A stretch of DNA of 64,000 nucleotides from Lingula anatina (lineage: Eukaryota > Animalia > Brachiopoda), in the NCBI GenBank assembly GCA_051362555.1, contig CM120645.1, forward strand, positions 14,942,001-15,006,000. The letters are read 5' to 3'. Both the position numbers and the translations under genes were made by a program. The number at the start of each line of letters is the position of its first letter. Position 1 is the first letter of the stretch. This document shows positions 22,265-34,609 of this stretch, one piece after another. A model generated the notes under the pieces. It saw only the letters and a list, made by a program, of their open reading frames with translations, was not told the origin of the DNA and did no database searches.

Positions 22265-23067
22265 TTACCATATTGATTTTTTTTTTGGAAGTTGATGTTT
22301 TTCAATTAAGAGGGCCCCTGTTTTATGTTGGGGGGGGGGGGCACTAAGGATATTCTTTGAAAAATAGTGCATCCAGCGTTTCAGAGATTATTTGAAGATT
22401 AATTACCTCTTTTTCTATAACTAAAAATGGTACAGGCTTGCTGATGATAAAGGTAAGTTTCCAGTAAACTCTGAAAGTCAGGGTGTGGTGTATCGTAACC
22501 TAAGGTATATATTTCAAAATTTTTTTACTTCATTCATGTCATGTTGAAACTTTGGCATCTGCCCTGTGTCTTACTGTGTGTTCCTCTCCACTTCAGGTTG
22601 ATGTGTTCCCCAAAGATGATGGCAGCATGCAGCAGAAGAGACAAGATCTTCAGAAGGAAGTGGACAATGCCAAGAGAGCCCTGGCTCAAGAGGTGAGTGT
22701 GCTGCCATCTATTGTTGGCCTCGGCAACTCTGTGAAAACAAATCTGTTAAAACAAAGTTTTCCAAAGGTGGATTTAGACAGGCCATCAAATTGTTAGATT
22801 ATTTTCTTTAAGGAAACTTATACTTTTATGAAATATAAGATGTTAGAGACATTATTGTGAACTCTTTTTCTTCCTCTTTATCTTTAACTATGAGTAAGAC
22901 TGTACCTACTACTTGTACAGGTACGAATCAAATTTCCATTAAAATCAACAAACATAAGCCTCAGGATTTTTCTTTCAAAATATAGCAATTAAGTTTTGTT
23001 ATTGGTAATTATAAGTTAACTTATAATATGTGTTTTTAAAACCATTAAGCTTCATCTTTATAGTCGT

Positions 23068-23106
<39 letters not shown>

Positions 23107-26100
23107 TTTTGTTGTCTAGAACTCCCTGACAGCAGTGGAACAGGTGAAGGTAGAGCAGAGTATAGCAGAGGAGGAGCAGCTGTTGTATGAACAGAGTGAC
23201 CTGAGGATTGAGGTGGTAGAACTCACCAGGCTGGCAGCCATCAAGGTAAACAACTCCATCTTTTATATAGTCTCTACATCTGTTCATAAGCATTTTTTTA
23301 CAGATGAGCACTTAATCTGCATACATATCTCTATTATGCATAATTTTCTCATCTGTTCATTGGTCTATTTTATTTCTTCACAGAAGTTGACTTATTTTTG
23401 GACTTGTTGGATCATTTGATATTCTGTGAAAGAGGTTTTTTCCTGGTCTTTATATAGGATTATAACTGAATAACTCTGTTTAATCATCTAATATTATATT
23501 GATATCCTTTATTATTTCACATATATTGTCATTCCATTATATTTTTTTCAATGTTTAGGCTGATGAGAGAGAGCAAAAGGCCAGAGATTTCATGAGGGCT
23601 GAGATGAGGTACCACAGGGCTATAGAAGACCTCAAGACAAAACAGTTACAGATCCAGGATCATGCTAAAAAGTATCAGGAGATGCAAGTCAAGTGAGTAT
23701 CAGAAATGTGAATATATCTTACAAACAGGTGGATTAATAAATGGAAGAATATACTTATTTTTATTCGCTTCGCGGAGAAGACAATTTTTGCATTTAGTAA
23801 ACTTTACAGAAAAAAATTTGCAGTCAGAAATCATGTTGAACTTCTAGAGTGTTTCTGAGAAATTACCCAATAGAATTAATTTTACAAATCAGTCTGTTAC
23901 AAAACTCAAGGAGAGAAGTGCATGTAGTTACTAGTTAACATATAATTAATGATACCTTTTGTTTCCAGGTTAAAAGAATTTGCCAAACTGTACGATGTCA
24001 TCAAGAATGAGAGGAACAAGTGTGTCAACTTGATCCAAGTCAGCACTCAGAAGGCCGCAGAAATGAGAGAAAAGATCAAGATCTTGTCCAACGAGATAGA
24101 AATCCTGAGAACAGCTGCAATGATGAAAGAAAGGTACAAATTAAAGGTTGAAAGTTGAGTGATGCATACAGGGTATAATTACTACATAACAATCTTGCAG
24201 TGAAAACTTGCCCAAATGATATTAAATGCTATTTATTTACTTTTTGTAATTGGAAAGGAAGCATTAAAATTTGGACTTTGTCTGTCAATGTTATATATGT
24301 TGAACTTGCCTCTTTTGTATAGAATACTTTTACCACTTTTTAATATACATATTTTTTATTTTTTCATTTCAGGTCTCTCCAGAAGAGCCGTCTGAAGCAC
24401 ATCAACAGTATAGTGATTAGAGACAGCCTGAGGAATGAGGTGGCCAAACAGGAGAGGATAGACGATGAACTGAGAGAGAAGAGAGAGCAGCAGAAGATGG
24501 ACATTGCTAAGCTGAACATGATGATCAACCAAGCTGAGCAGCAGATGGTGGAACTCAGGAAACAGTATGAGACTTCTGTACAGCACAGAAATGACAGGTA
24601 AGGTGTTATAAAAGTAGATTTTGTTGCAGGGGCAGATGAAGGCCGTCTTCTTGGTCTTTTTGAGTTTACATAGACCGACATCTAATGTTTTTCTGTCTGA
24701 AAAGGTCAGAAATGGAGAATGGATCAACACAGTTATTTGGGAAGACTGACAGAAAATATCTCTGGAATTGCCCCTGTGTTGTCTGTATGTAATAAGATGT
24801 TATATTTGGTGATTTCTGCACAGCAGACACCCTAAGGCTTCATTCACATGCAATGTCTATTTTCTAAATTCTATTTTCTATTCGCGGTATGTCTTATGAT
24901 CAAGGTCTGTGCCCTGAACATCCCGCGGCGTAATTACTGGCAGCGCGAGCCAGTTACTATAAGTTACTATAAGTAACTGGCTCGCGCTGCCAGTAATTAC
25001 GCGGCGGGATATTCAGGGCACAGACTGTGATCATAAAATAGCGCGAATAGAAAATAGATTTTTAGAAAATAGACATTCCATGTGAACGAAGCCTTAGTTT
25101 CAGAGTTTACTGAAAGCCAGTCTCTGTCAGAATGTTGTTGCTGTTTCCAGTTATGGGTTGACAAAATTGAAAGAACAAGATTGACATGACCTATAGCAGG
25201 TGCAATGCAGAATTATAGATGACCACATCTTGTCATATTTAAGTACACATTTTATCAGAAAAGAATTACTAAGAACAAACAGGTTTTAATTGTAGATTTT
25301 AGAGTTTGAGATCACTAGTTTCTTCTCTGCAAAGGCACACTGATATATGATGAAAGTTATTTCTTTTACATAGAATTCTGATTCTCAATATTTCTATTTT
25401 TTTCTCAGGGGTATTGTTCTAGTTCAGACAGATGAAGAGGTGTGTATATTCTATGAAAAAGTCAACATTCAGGAGACCATGATCAGGAATGGTGACGTGG
25501 AACTCTCTGCCAGGGAGGAGGAGATCCGTTTCCTCAACATGCAGATGAATGAGGAGAAGAGGGCCATTGAGCTGCTGAGAAAACAGCTGCCTAACAAGAG
25601 AATGCTGGACCAGGAGCTGGTCACTCTACAAATACAGGTAGTTGTTATTATTATTATTATTAGTATTCATCTTATATATATTTGTCTATGAACTTTCTTC
25701 TGCTAGCACAGTAATAAGCTAGCCGACATTATTTCCATTAGAGAGAGGGTGTTGATTGCATACTCCACACATGGTTCTAAGTATCTGGCCACACAATCAA
25801 CTTTTGAGCTCATTACAATCAGCTTTCAAAACCAAATTTTGATTAACAAAGGCATATTTAGTGAGGAGGTGTCTCCAAACAGAAATGGACATAAAACAAG
25901 ACAAGAGGGCAATAATAATGCTACAAATAAAATAATGCATACATTTTATTTTCTATAACCTAAAGATTTGCCAAGTATACTATGGTTTAATAAAGTATCT
26001 ACATTGTGTCTCCACAGCTGTCCCAGTGTCAGGACCGTATGTTGGAGCTGGAGAAGCAGCTAGAGAACCCGTATGATGAGACCAGGGTCAGATACCTAGA

Positions 26101-27792
26101 GGGCAGTGACCCCTCCCCGGCACAGCTACAGACTAAACTAGAGGAGGTAGGAACCATTGCTAACTTCAGTGATATTTACTTATAATAAAATGATTGTGAT
26201 TATGATAAGATATGGGAGACTGTAATGAATTCACCTAAACTTGGTTTGCTGTTGTACATTTATGTTTATAATCTTCCTTGACTTTATGGGAAGAAGTTAT
26301 ACATATTGAATGATAAATGTAAGTGCTGATCAGTCTTATATTTGAAAATGTTTTGTTCAAAATTGAACCACCATTTGCTGATTCTGGGAAATCTTTTAGC
26401 TTTAGTTACTTATACTTTTATGCATATTGAGGACTTGTTTCTTAAAATTGTCTGTATTCCCTTAGCTGTTCCTTTACTTCAGATTTATCTTTTAATGAAA
26501 AAAAGCAGACAGTCACATAAGTATGCAATTAAGCTTACAATTAAGCTTACAAATGCTAAGACAACCCATTGCCATTTCAGTTAGAAGTACGACTAGCAGA
26601 GAAAGAAGAACAGTTACTAGAAAAAGACCTCATCTTTGAGCAAGATACACGGTTAACAGAGAGAGTGAAGAGAAGGGCAGGAGCTGGAAAAGATGACACA
26701 CTAGCACTTGCTAAAAAGGTATCTGGTTTTAGTTTTATGCAAGCTGTGTATTTTTGTCTGTTCATTATTTTTAAACATGTACAAGGAATGATTCATTGTG
26801 AAAATTATGTCTGATTTACTTAAAATTCAAAACAACACATTGGATGGAACAAGCTTACCTAGAAATACAAATTCCTATTTTTCTTTCGAAGTAAAGTGAA
26901 AAAAAAAAAGAAATTGATTCTAAGTGACATACAGGTGATTGTTGTCCAATGATCATCCAATCACTCTCATCTTATCTCATTCTCCAGGTTAATGACCTCC
27001 AAGGTAAAATCAAAGAAATGACGCGTAAGATGATGGCACAGGTGTCAGAGCTGTCCATGCACCAGGCGGCCGCCATGAAGCTCCAGCAGGAAGTGAAGGA
27101 GAAGGAGGCGGAGCTGGAGCAGTGCTACATACGCATGGAGAAAGGGGAGCCACCTAGTGACGAGATTGAGAGGGAGTGGCAGCGCACACTGCGAGATGAA
27201 GAGAGGAGGTTACGAGACAAGGAGATGCAGAGCATGGTAAGTGCATGGTGAAACTCCATTAAAATCACATTTTATGTGGGTAGTTATTTAAGCATATTTA
27301 AAAAGCATTCACTGCATGAGATATATGGTCTTATCATATATATTGATGCTTATTGAAATAACCGTTCTAAAATGTTGAAATAGCAAAAGCCCCAAGTTTT
27401 TTTTTTTTTTTTTTGCTAATAAATTCCTATAATTTGAGCCAGGGTCCAAGGTCTAACTACTGATGATAAGCTGTTGAGGGGTTGTTCCAAGAAATATTTA
27501 GCCTATAATTATAAAGCACCGTATTGTGTTTCAAGCATTCTAGAACTTCATGATGGTGGATTTCACACTGTATCTCTTGTACTTGCAGGTGGAGGCCGAG
27601 GCTGAGCAATATACTCTACCTGGAGGTATCACCACGGCTGCCGAGCCAAGACCAAATGCGTACATTCCAGACGACGACAGTGAACTTCCCATTCCACGAC
27701 CTTATGGCGCACATGCCCCCTTCAAACCACAAGAGCCTGGCTCAACCATGAGGCACATACGAAAACCAGTGCCCAAGCCTATTGAAATATAG
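7792..27792 (+). CDS. CCDC146: Coiled-coil domain-containing protein 146 (ciliary/flagellar, MBO2-like), ~965 aa, 18 coding exons
   Basis: Exons 7792-7977, 14163-14245, 14634-14843, 15639-15696, 16328-16504, 18147-18220, 20813-21040, 21769-21955, 22597-22692, 23120-23245, 23559-23692, 23969-24133, 24373-24597, 25409-25637, 26018-26146, 26581-26718, 26988-27236, 27589-27792 give 2898 nt in frame. Recognisable motifs SPAFVCLDE|[49 protein letters not shown] and C-terminal EPRPNAYIP...[10 protein letters not shown]...[13 protein letters not shown]. Confidence 0.95.
8686..12448 (-). CDS. Secreted fibrinogen-related domain protein (signal peptide + coiled coil + FReD; FGL2/angiopoietin-like), ~470 aa, nested in a CCDC146 intron
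   Basis: Exons 12448-12089 (signal peptide, [11 protein letters not shown]), 11107-10926 and 10570-10395 (coiled coil), 9975-9782 (KDC...SGVYEI...[20 protein letters not shown]), 9423-9283 ([13 protein letters not shown]), 9045-8686 ([15 protein letters not shown]...FSTFDLDND...[22 protein letters not shown]...KFKCC*). 1413 nt in frame. AATAAA on - near 8292-8297. Confidence 0.93.
11353..11445. mobile_element. Degenerate small MITE-like inverted repeat
   Basis: TTCACCCTGAGTTACAGACACTGGAAA ... TTTCCGGTCGTCTCTGAAACTCGGGGTTGAA. A similar terminus occurs at ~39761 and in the 43707 element. Confidence 0.4.
18777..19484. mobile_element. Non-autonomous DNA transposon (hAT-like CAGG termini) with 5-bp TSD, hosting a second MITE
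   Basis: TIRs CAGGCCCGTAGCC / GGTTACGGGCCTG. Direct repeat GATTA at 18772-18776 and 19485-19489. G-run and C-run subterminal tracts. Confidence 0.75.
18862..19391. mobile_element. MITE with ~165-bp near-perfect TIRs and 3-bp TSD (ATA)
   Basis: GAGCGCATTCTCAACGAATTAAGCCAGGC... at 18862 is mirrored by ...GCCTGGCTTAATTCGTTGAGAATGCGCTC ending 19391. ATA flanks both ends. CpG-rich against a CpG-poor intron. Confidence 0.9.
21833..22356 (+). repeat. Tandem duplication (~266 bp) of the 3' part of a CCDC146 exon plus intron start
   Basis: TCTAAGAAACAGCGTGAC...GGATCT|GTAAG...(TTTA)n...poly-G CACTAAGGATAT at 21833 and again at 22099. Copies differ only in microsatellite/homopolymer lengths. Confidence 0.95.
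24835..25094. mobile_element. Fully palindromic MITE (~260 bp), TA-flanked
   Basis: AGGCTTCATTCACATG...GGCAGCGCGAGCCAGTTAC / GTAACTGGCTCGCGCTGCC...CATGTGAACGAAGCCT. Arms are complementary over ~120 bp. Confidence 0.85.
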
Positions 27793-30700
27793 ATCCATTA
27801 TGTCAAAAATGCTTCTTGTAAACATTGTGATGCCCATTGTTTCATTATGGCAGTGTACTAGAGTGATTTAGTGGTTGATGTTATTTTACATGATGACCCG
27901 TCCAGAAAGATGAAGTTACTGTGATATTTGCTATCATGTTTTACATGATCTTTTGTGTATAATCTGACTATTTCAGACAGGATAGCATTACCCTTACAAT
28001 GAGATGTTAGGATAATGAATTAAGCAAATTTGAAAAGAACACTACTGGTTGAGGGTGCTGCCATGCTGGGACAATTTATACAGGATTATTTATATGGAAT
28101 CTGCCAGTAGTTGTCCTACGCCCATTTTTATTGTTCAGATGGTATTATTTATGGGAGATGAACAACCTTTTTTTTTTAAATATTTGTTGTCTGATTACAA
28201 TGAACTGAAAGAAAACTATCTATACTTTATCTACCTACCATGTAGAGAAATTTTTGATGTTTATTTTTTTCATTTTGAATTATAGTAATGATTATTTTAA
28301 CACTTTTATTCATAAAGTTGTTTTAATGTTTTTTTGTCTTGGCTGTGTAGACAGAAAAGTTTAAAGTCAAGTGAAATTGGGCATCACACCAAAATTTGTA
28401 CAGAAATATAGATTGAGCAATATTTATCATGTATGTACATATATGTATATAATTGTTAATAAAATGGAAATCTTTATATAACTTTATATCGAATCTGTTG
28501 CTTTGATTAAAAAAAAGGCATTCAAAGTCAGAAACACATATTCCTAAATTCATAGTTATTGATTTAAAAACCAAGTAACTAAATCTTTGTATATCCCGAT
28601 GTTGGTAATTTTTAATTCTGCTTTCCTTATCTATTAGCAGTTCCACATGAAAAACATTTGTTAGATTATCAATATCCATTTATTCACTGCCTTAATTTTA
28701 CAATTCCTTGTAAAAAAAGGAGTGCACCAAAATGTTTAAACAAGAGGAAAGTTGTTGGTTCCGACAAACGTCTTTAATCATCAACCTCACAATTGCAATC
28801 ATTTTAATGCTTCAACAAATATGAAGGGGTATTAACTATTTCCTTTTCCTTCAGTTTACATCCTTCTATGTCTTGGTTTCTTTGTGATAAATATCTCTGA
28901 TGTTGTAAAGAAGCACTAGTACAGTTCACTCGCCGTCTGCATTTGATCCTCCCAAATTTTAGAGGGCAGACCTAGTCAGACGGAAATTGCCAGCAGGCAA
29001 ATTTGTAACAAATAGAAATCTTCCAAGTGAAAACTTCATGCTTCTCCCCATCTTAAATTAACTACCCCTTGTAATGGTGCATTTAGTTTAACAGTCTGTG
29101 TGTCCCAAGTGGAAGGAAGAGGTCTGACAGTCCCGCAGAAGGGGGCGGGGGTATTTTTGTATTAATTTTGTTTCAGTTTCAACACTGGTGAATTCTTCAA
29201 GTGCATCTGTTCAAATATGTTTACTATCACCTTGTATAAACTGTCTTTCAGGAACAAACTGTGAATGATATTATTCAAACTGGTTATGTTGTGCAAATAA
29301 ATGGAGGAACTAGGTGTGAAGTGACTTCAAGTACCTAGCAAACAATGCTTTTGTCAGTTGATCTGATGGCATTTCCTATTTGACTGAATGCCTGGTTTAG
29401 TTGGTCATAATACCCACCATAATAATGGGTTTGCTGATATTGATTTCTTCATTCTAATATCAAACACCTTATTTATTGCAGTGTGGATGGTCACAAATTA
29501 CACATGTATCAGAGTATGATATCGATCTATAACTCACAGGTGAATAAGTGATGATCACATCCACTGTAAATCATGACGCCTCACTTTTCTATTTTTCTTG
29601 GCTTTCCTTCTGACCCTGAAAAGCCTTGTTTTCAATAGCTTTTATGAAATCCCTGTGGTGCTTTAAAACGGTCAAAGAGCACAAAAAATATAAATGTATG
29701 GAAATTACCCTCTCCCAACCCTCCCCCATTGTGAGTCAATTTTAAGTTGAGGTAAGCATTTTCTTTCTTTTTTTTCAAGAAGAAAGCTTCTTGTAACGGC
29801 TCAACAAAGCCTTTCTTCATCTCCTTAAAAGATGGAATAGAATGGAAAAATAGCTCTGCATGCCCCATGTAGATATAAGTTCAACTTGGCAGTGTGAAAT
29901 GCTCAAAGCAAAATAAAACAGAAATGATTTGAATGTATTTTCGTCTGATAAAGTCAACATGCATACATGAACATTGCCATTAACTAGGCGGGCCAACTAG
30001 GCCAGTCAATTTCAAGAGGTTTACTGGCAATTGTGACACTGTACTAACATTAAATTGCCTCTTTTCCCCTTCCTACAAGAAATACAGAAATGGAATTTCA
30101 AAACAGCTAGTAGAGGTATATTGCAATACCATTGGAACATGTTAAAAATATCACTGATCAATGCATTCTTGCCGTTTTCAGTGCCTTTGTTTTACTCATA
30201 TGTTTTCTAACAAGGCACATTTTTTTATACATTTTTAATTATCATTTTATTTGAATAATTATGTTTCTAGGAAATGCATTTCCCAATAAAAACTCATGCT
30301 GTAGCTCCTCATGTGCAAATATTTGATGGGTATTTTTTTTCTCAGATATCACCCACTTCGAAGCCATATTATCATGCTATTTGGTTCTAAATCTCATTTC
30401 ACAAAGTGCCAAGACCTCTTTGCCACCTTCTGCTTAATCTGGTGCCGTTTCCTCCTGGATAACCAGAAATAATTGTTTTCACCCTATGGGAGCAAATGTG
30501 TCGACTTTGGGATTTATTTATCATCTCTTTACACCATCATGTTTATTTTCATAGGCAAAACATGCAGAGGGAGATTAGCTGCTATGTGGTGATGCTTCAT
30601 CCATAAGGAAAACAAAGATGATAATTTTAACCATCTTGCGCATGGACCTTCATAATCGCAGTATCTTAATAGCCAGTTACAAACTGTGAAAACAAACTCG

Positions 30701-33700
30701 AGGCAAAATGCTTTCAATGTTGAAGCAGTCCACAGAACCCAAAAATAAATTTCTTTTCGCTCTACACCAGACTGCCTCTAAAGTCAATTATTTTCCATGC
30801 CTGAATACATGCATGCACAATATTATGTACTTCAGAGACTACAGTGGCAAACATATCAACCACACAGACCATATGAGTTTAACTAACAATTTTAATTGTT
30901 AAAACGTGCACTCTAGACTTGAGAATTAAAAACAAAATAAAATAAATACTTTTTTGTTAATCTGCTGGTATAAGCAATCCAAAAGTGTCATTTAGATCAC
31001 AGGATATGCCAAAAAAAAAGCGGAAGTGATTATAAGTTTGCACTTCTTTTCCATTGTGTATATTATTTTTCTGGTTCTTGAGGTACACCCTTACTATTTC
31101 TTACTATTTCCGGGCTGAAGGGGGGGGGGGGTCTACAGTATCGCCTTTTTGTCCAGAAAAGGTTCTCTCTGACTCAAAATTTGACCTAGATTGCATTTCA
31201 TTGCTCAAATTGCATCAACTGCGGGGCTTAATAGGACCACTTTTTCTGAAAAATCCCCCAACCCCCCCCCCCCCTCCCCGACCCCTTTTTGAAATTACTG
31301 ACTACTGTCTTGGATTCAGCGGGGTATCAGGTTACAAAAATCTATTTTATGGCTGTTAAAAACTAGTTAAGATAATGTCGGTATTTAGCAGTGATAAGAG
31401 GGAAATTATTCTCATATTGTAGCACAGACTGCCTCAGAAGAAAGCAGCTTGGCACTGCCCCAGACGTATGAAGGCAAACATAACAAAACGGGAAATCTGA
31501 AGTTAGTTCACATATTTTTCCATTTATTTCAGCTCCAGCAAACTTGAGCATCTCAAATGAGTTTATTGCATCTGGTTCCTAATACAAACTGTGGTTTATT
31601 GTAAAGATGTGATGACTAGGTCTACTACCAGTACATTTGTGATCTCTCGGCCTTTAATATCCCTGTACTTATCTTCACTATACACATATTTCATATTTAT
31701 AATAAATATACATATTCATACCAAGCAGAGTAGGAAGATGACAATATTTTTTTCATTTCTTCTTTGGATCATACTTGTTATTAAAGGCAGAAAGTGTGAT
31801 AAGACAAATAAAAGTTAAACACTTTTATAAACAAATGTTGTTTTTGCATTATTTTTAAGTTATTTTAAACAATTTTAATAAATGAGCTTTTTTAGTTTGA
31901 TTAAATATTTTTTAAATTTATATATGTGCAACCAGTACATGTCCAGCTCACCTATTTGCACAAATCCACAAAACAGGCCTTTGAAATTATATATTTGAGC
32001 TTATAATTTCACACAATCAATAAAAATTCCAAATAACACTTTCTACTTAAAACAGTAAAATAACAGTGACTTAAATATGCAAAAAAATGGACTTTTTTAC
32101 AGTCTCAAGTTTTCATTCAAACTGCAAGGATGAAAAACATTTTTTTCTTAAATTTCTAAACCTCAATCATTTGCACAAATTGCTGTATCTTAATACCAAA
32201 CTGTTACACTTGTAGTATTGCGTTTCCAAAATAAATGAATAAATAAAACAACTGAACATGTTTCAATTTATAAAAACTCAAACAATTCAGCACAAGTGGG
32301 CAATGGATTCCCACACTTCAAGGACCAGTTGAACTTCATGAACTCAGAAGTCATGCAACATTTATACAACCAAGTACAGTATTTATCTAGCAGTGCTGTA
32401 CCTACTTTCACAGCCTGGCCTAATCCCCAAGCTTAGGCAATCAGTTTGTCTTAACCTGCTGGGGTGAGCCAGTTTCACAACTAAAATATCAAATATAATG
32501 CAATGCACTGGACAAGATTGCTTTTCTGAGATTCAGAACATGTAATCTGCTGCAGCATTGAGGAACAAAGCCAAACAACATATGCCAGATCATAGGAAGT
32601 TCTCATTGTGTGGGAATACACAGTGGTCTTAGCCATTAAAATTTTTCCAAAAATAACACTTCATATAAAAGATACATCATGCATTTTGATCCACAGAGGC
32701 AAAAAAAATTCATAAAGAATCTAAAAAATCTGGTCATCTCATTTAGTAAAGCCTCTAGAGCAGGTTTTTTTCCTTCAGTTAAGACCCCCAATAATAAAGC
32801 ATTCTGTTCCACACCAGAAGAGATTGGGTTCAGATAGTTGCCAGGTCAGCAGTAGGCCACCTCAGTCACCCAGTGGACCTTGTGCTGGGCAGGTGACCAT
32901 CTGGACTCTGCAACTATTTAATGATGTCAAAGAGAATGTTTCAGTGTTTATTTCAGCTAACAATGTATGGTTGCACGTATAACACTGCAGGTGCAAAGGA
33001 GGACTTTGCGCCAAATGTCACACATTTTTTAATTTTTTAACAAATGCACCATGACATTAGTTAAATGTTAATATAGTGTGAACAGTACAAACTAACAGAT
33101 TTTAGCCAAGATTACATCCTCTGATCACAGAATAAAGAAACATTGAAAATATGCTCATTGCCTACATCGACAGTATATGATCTATATTTCATCTTCTGAT
33201 AATTTCCTTACACATGAAGAACAGGATGTTAACTCATACCTTGCTAAAACAACTCAACTATATCTTTGTATTATGTAGTCAATATGACAACTATAAAAAT
33301 CCAAGAGAAAACACAAGGAATGCACGTGAATGTTCACTCAGCTTAAACAAAGTGAAGAAAGTGGTCTTAGGGTGCATTCCCCATCATGAAAGTGATCAAC
33401 TTCCGTTCCAGCTCAGCTTCTGGAAGCTTTTTCACTTCGTTTCGAGTGCAACTGAATGTACCTGGAAGTTAATCGACCCCCTGGCTTTGAAGAAGGCATG
33501 TCATTCAATTTAATGACTGTAATCAGCAAGAGTCTCCATGCAGTTGGAGTGTTCTACATGTACCTAGTACCGTAGTTTCATTGGGAGTGCACCCTTAAAA
33601 TCAATATCTGATTATTTTTCATTTGGAACTCCACAGAGTGCATTTATTAAGTTTATTTGGTAAAAATTTTTAGGACCTACATCTATGAAATTCCAATGTA

Positions 33701-33740
33701 TTTTTAATGTGTGTGCATGCATGTTTTTGTGTGTGTATGG

Positions 33741-33950
33741 CTCTATTCCCATAGATTTTAGATCGATCTATCCCCGCGGGGAGTCTCACTAGATTACTTT
33801 CAGATAATCCGATTAAATGTCAGTCCCGCCTACTACAAGCTGTAAGGGGGTAATTAACTTTCGTGTCTGCCCGGCTGACAGCTTTTTAGCGTGAACCCCC
33901 AGGGAGTTAGGTCGATCTAAAGTAGGTCGATCTAATCTATGGAAATGGGG
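33741..33950. mobile_element. Small MITE-like element
   Basis: Imperfect TIRs ATTCCCATAGATTTTAGATCGATCTA / TAGGTCGATCTAATCTATGGAAAT. CpG-richer than the flanks. Confidence 0.55.
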
Positions 33951-34609
33951 TGCATGTGTGTTTGTTCTTTATCCATTATAAGAAGAAAAAAAAACATTTT
34001 AACATCAATCAATAACTTGTAATTCTAAAATAATCCATAACTTTTATAACATATTATTTGAGTCAGACTAGAGTCATAAGGTACATGATTACTGACTAGT
34101 TTCTATCAATACACATTTTCTTTTGGAGAAAAAGTACACAAAAACAAACATTATTAAATAAAAACAGGAAACTGGTTTCTGCGAGTGAAAAACAATGATA
34201 ACAGCCAAATGACATGTACCTTTTGTAAATTCATAACTTCACATGCAAAATTGTGAATGTAAAAAGTTTTTTATGCAAGTTATGCAGTAAAGGAAAAATG
34301 CTGCTCAACAAAGATAAAATGCAGTCAATCTGATAAACAAACCATCATTCCCTTACTTATTGAATGTGCGTTCACACATTTGGTCCTTTTGCAACTTGTG
34401 CTTCAATTTATATTTCTGGTCAAATCAACAGTCAGTCTCACTCAGCTATTGACAACACTTAAATTCGAGTGTAACTGCACTGTTCCCTAAAAAAATCATT
34501 ATTCAATCTTCACACCCCCAGTAAATTATCCTTTTTTACTGCTTTATATTCTTCATACTTCTTTGCCAGATACTGTGTACATAAAATAAATCTCAGCTCT
34601 ATCTAAACA

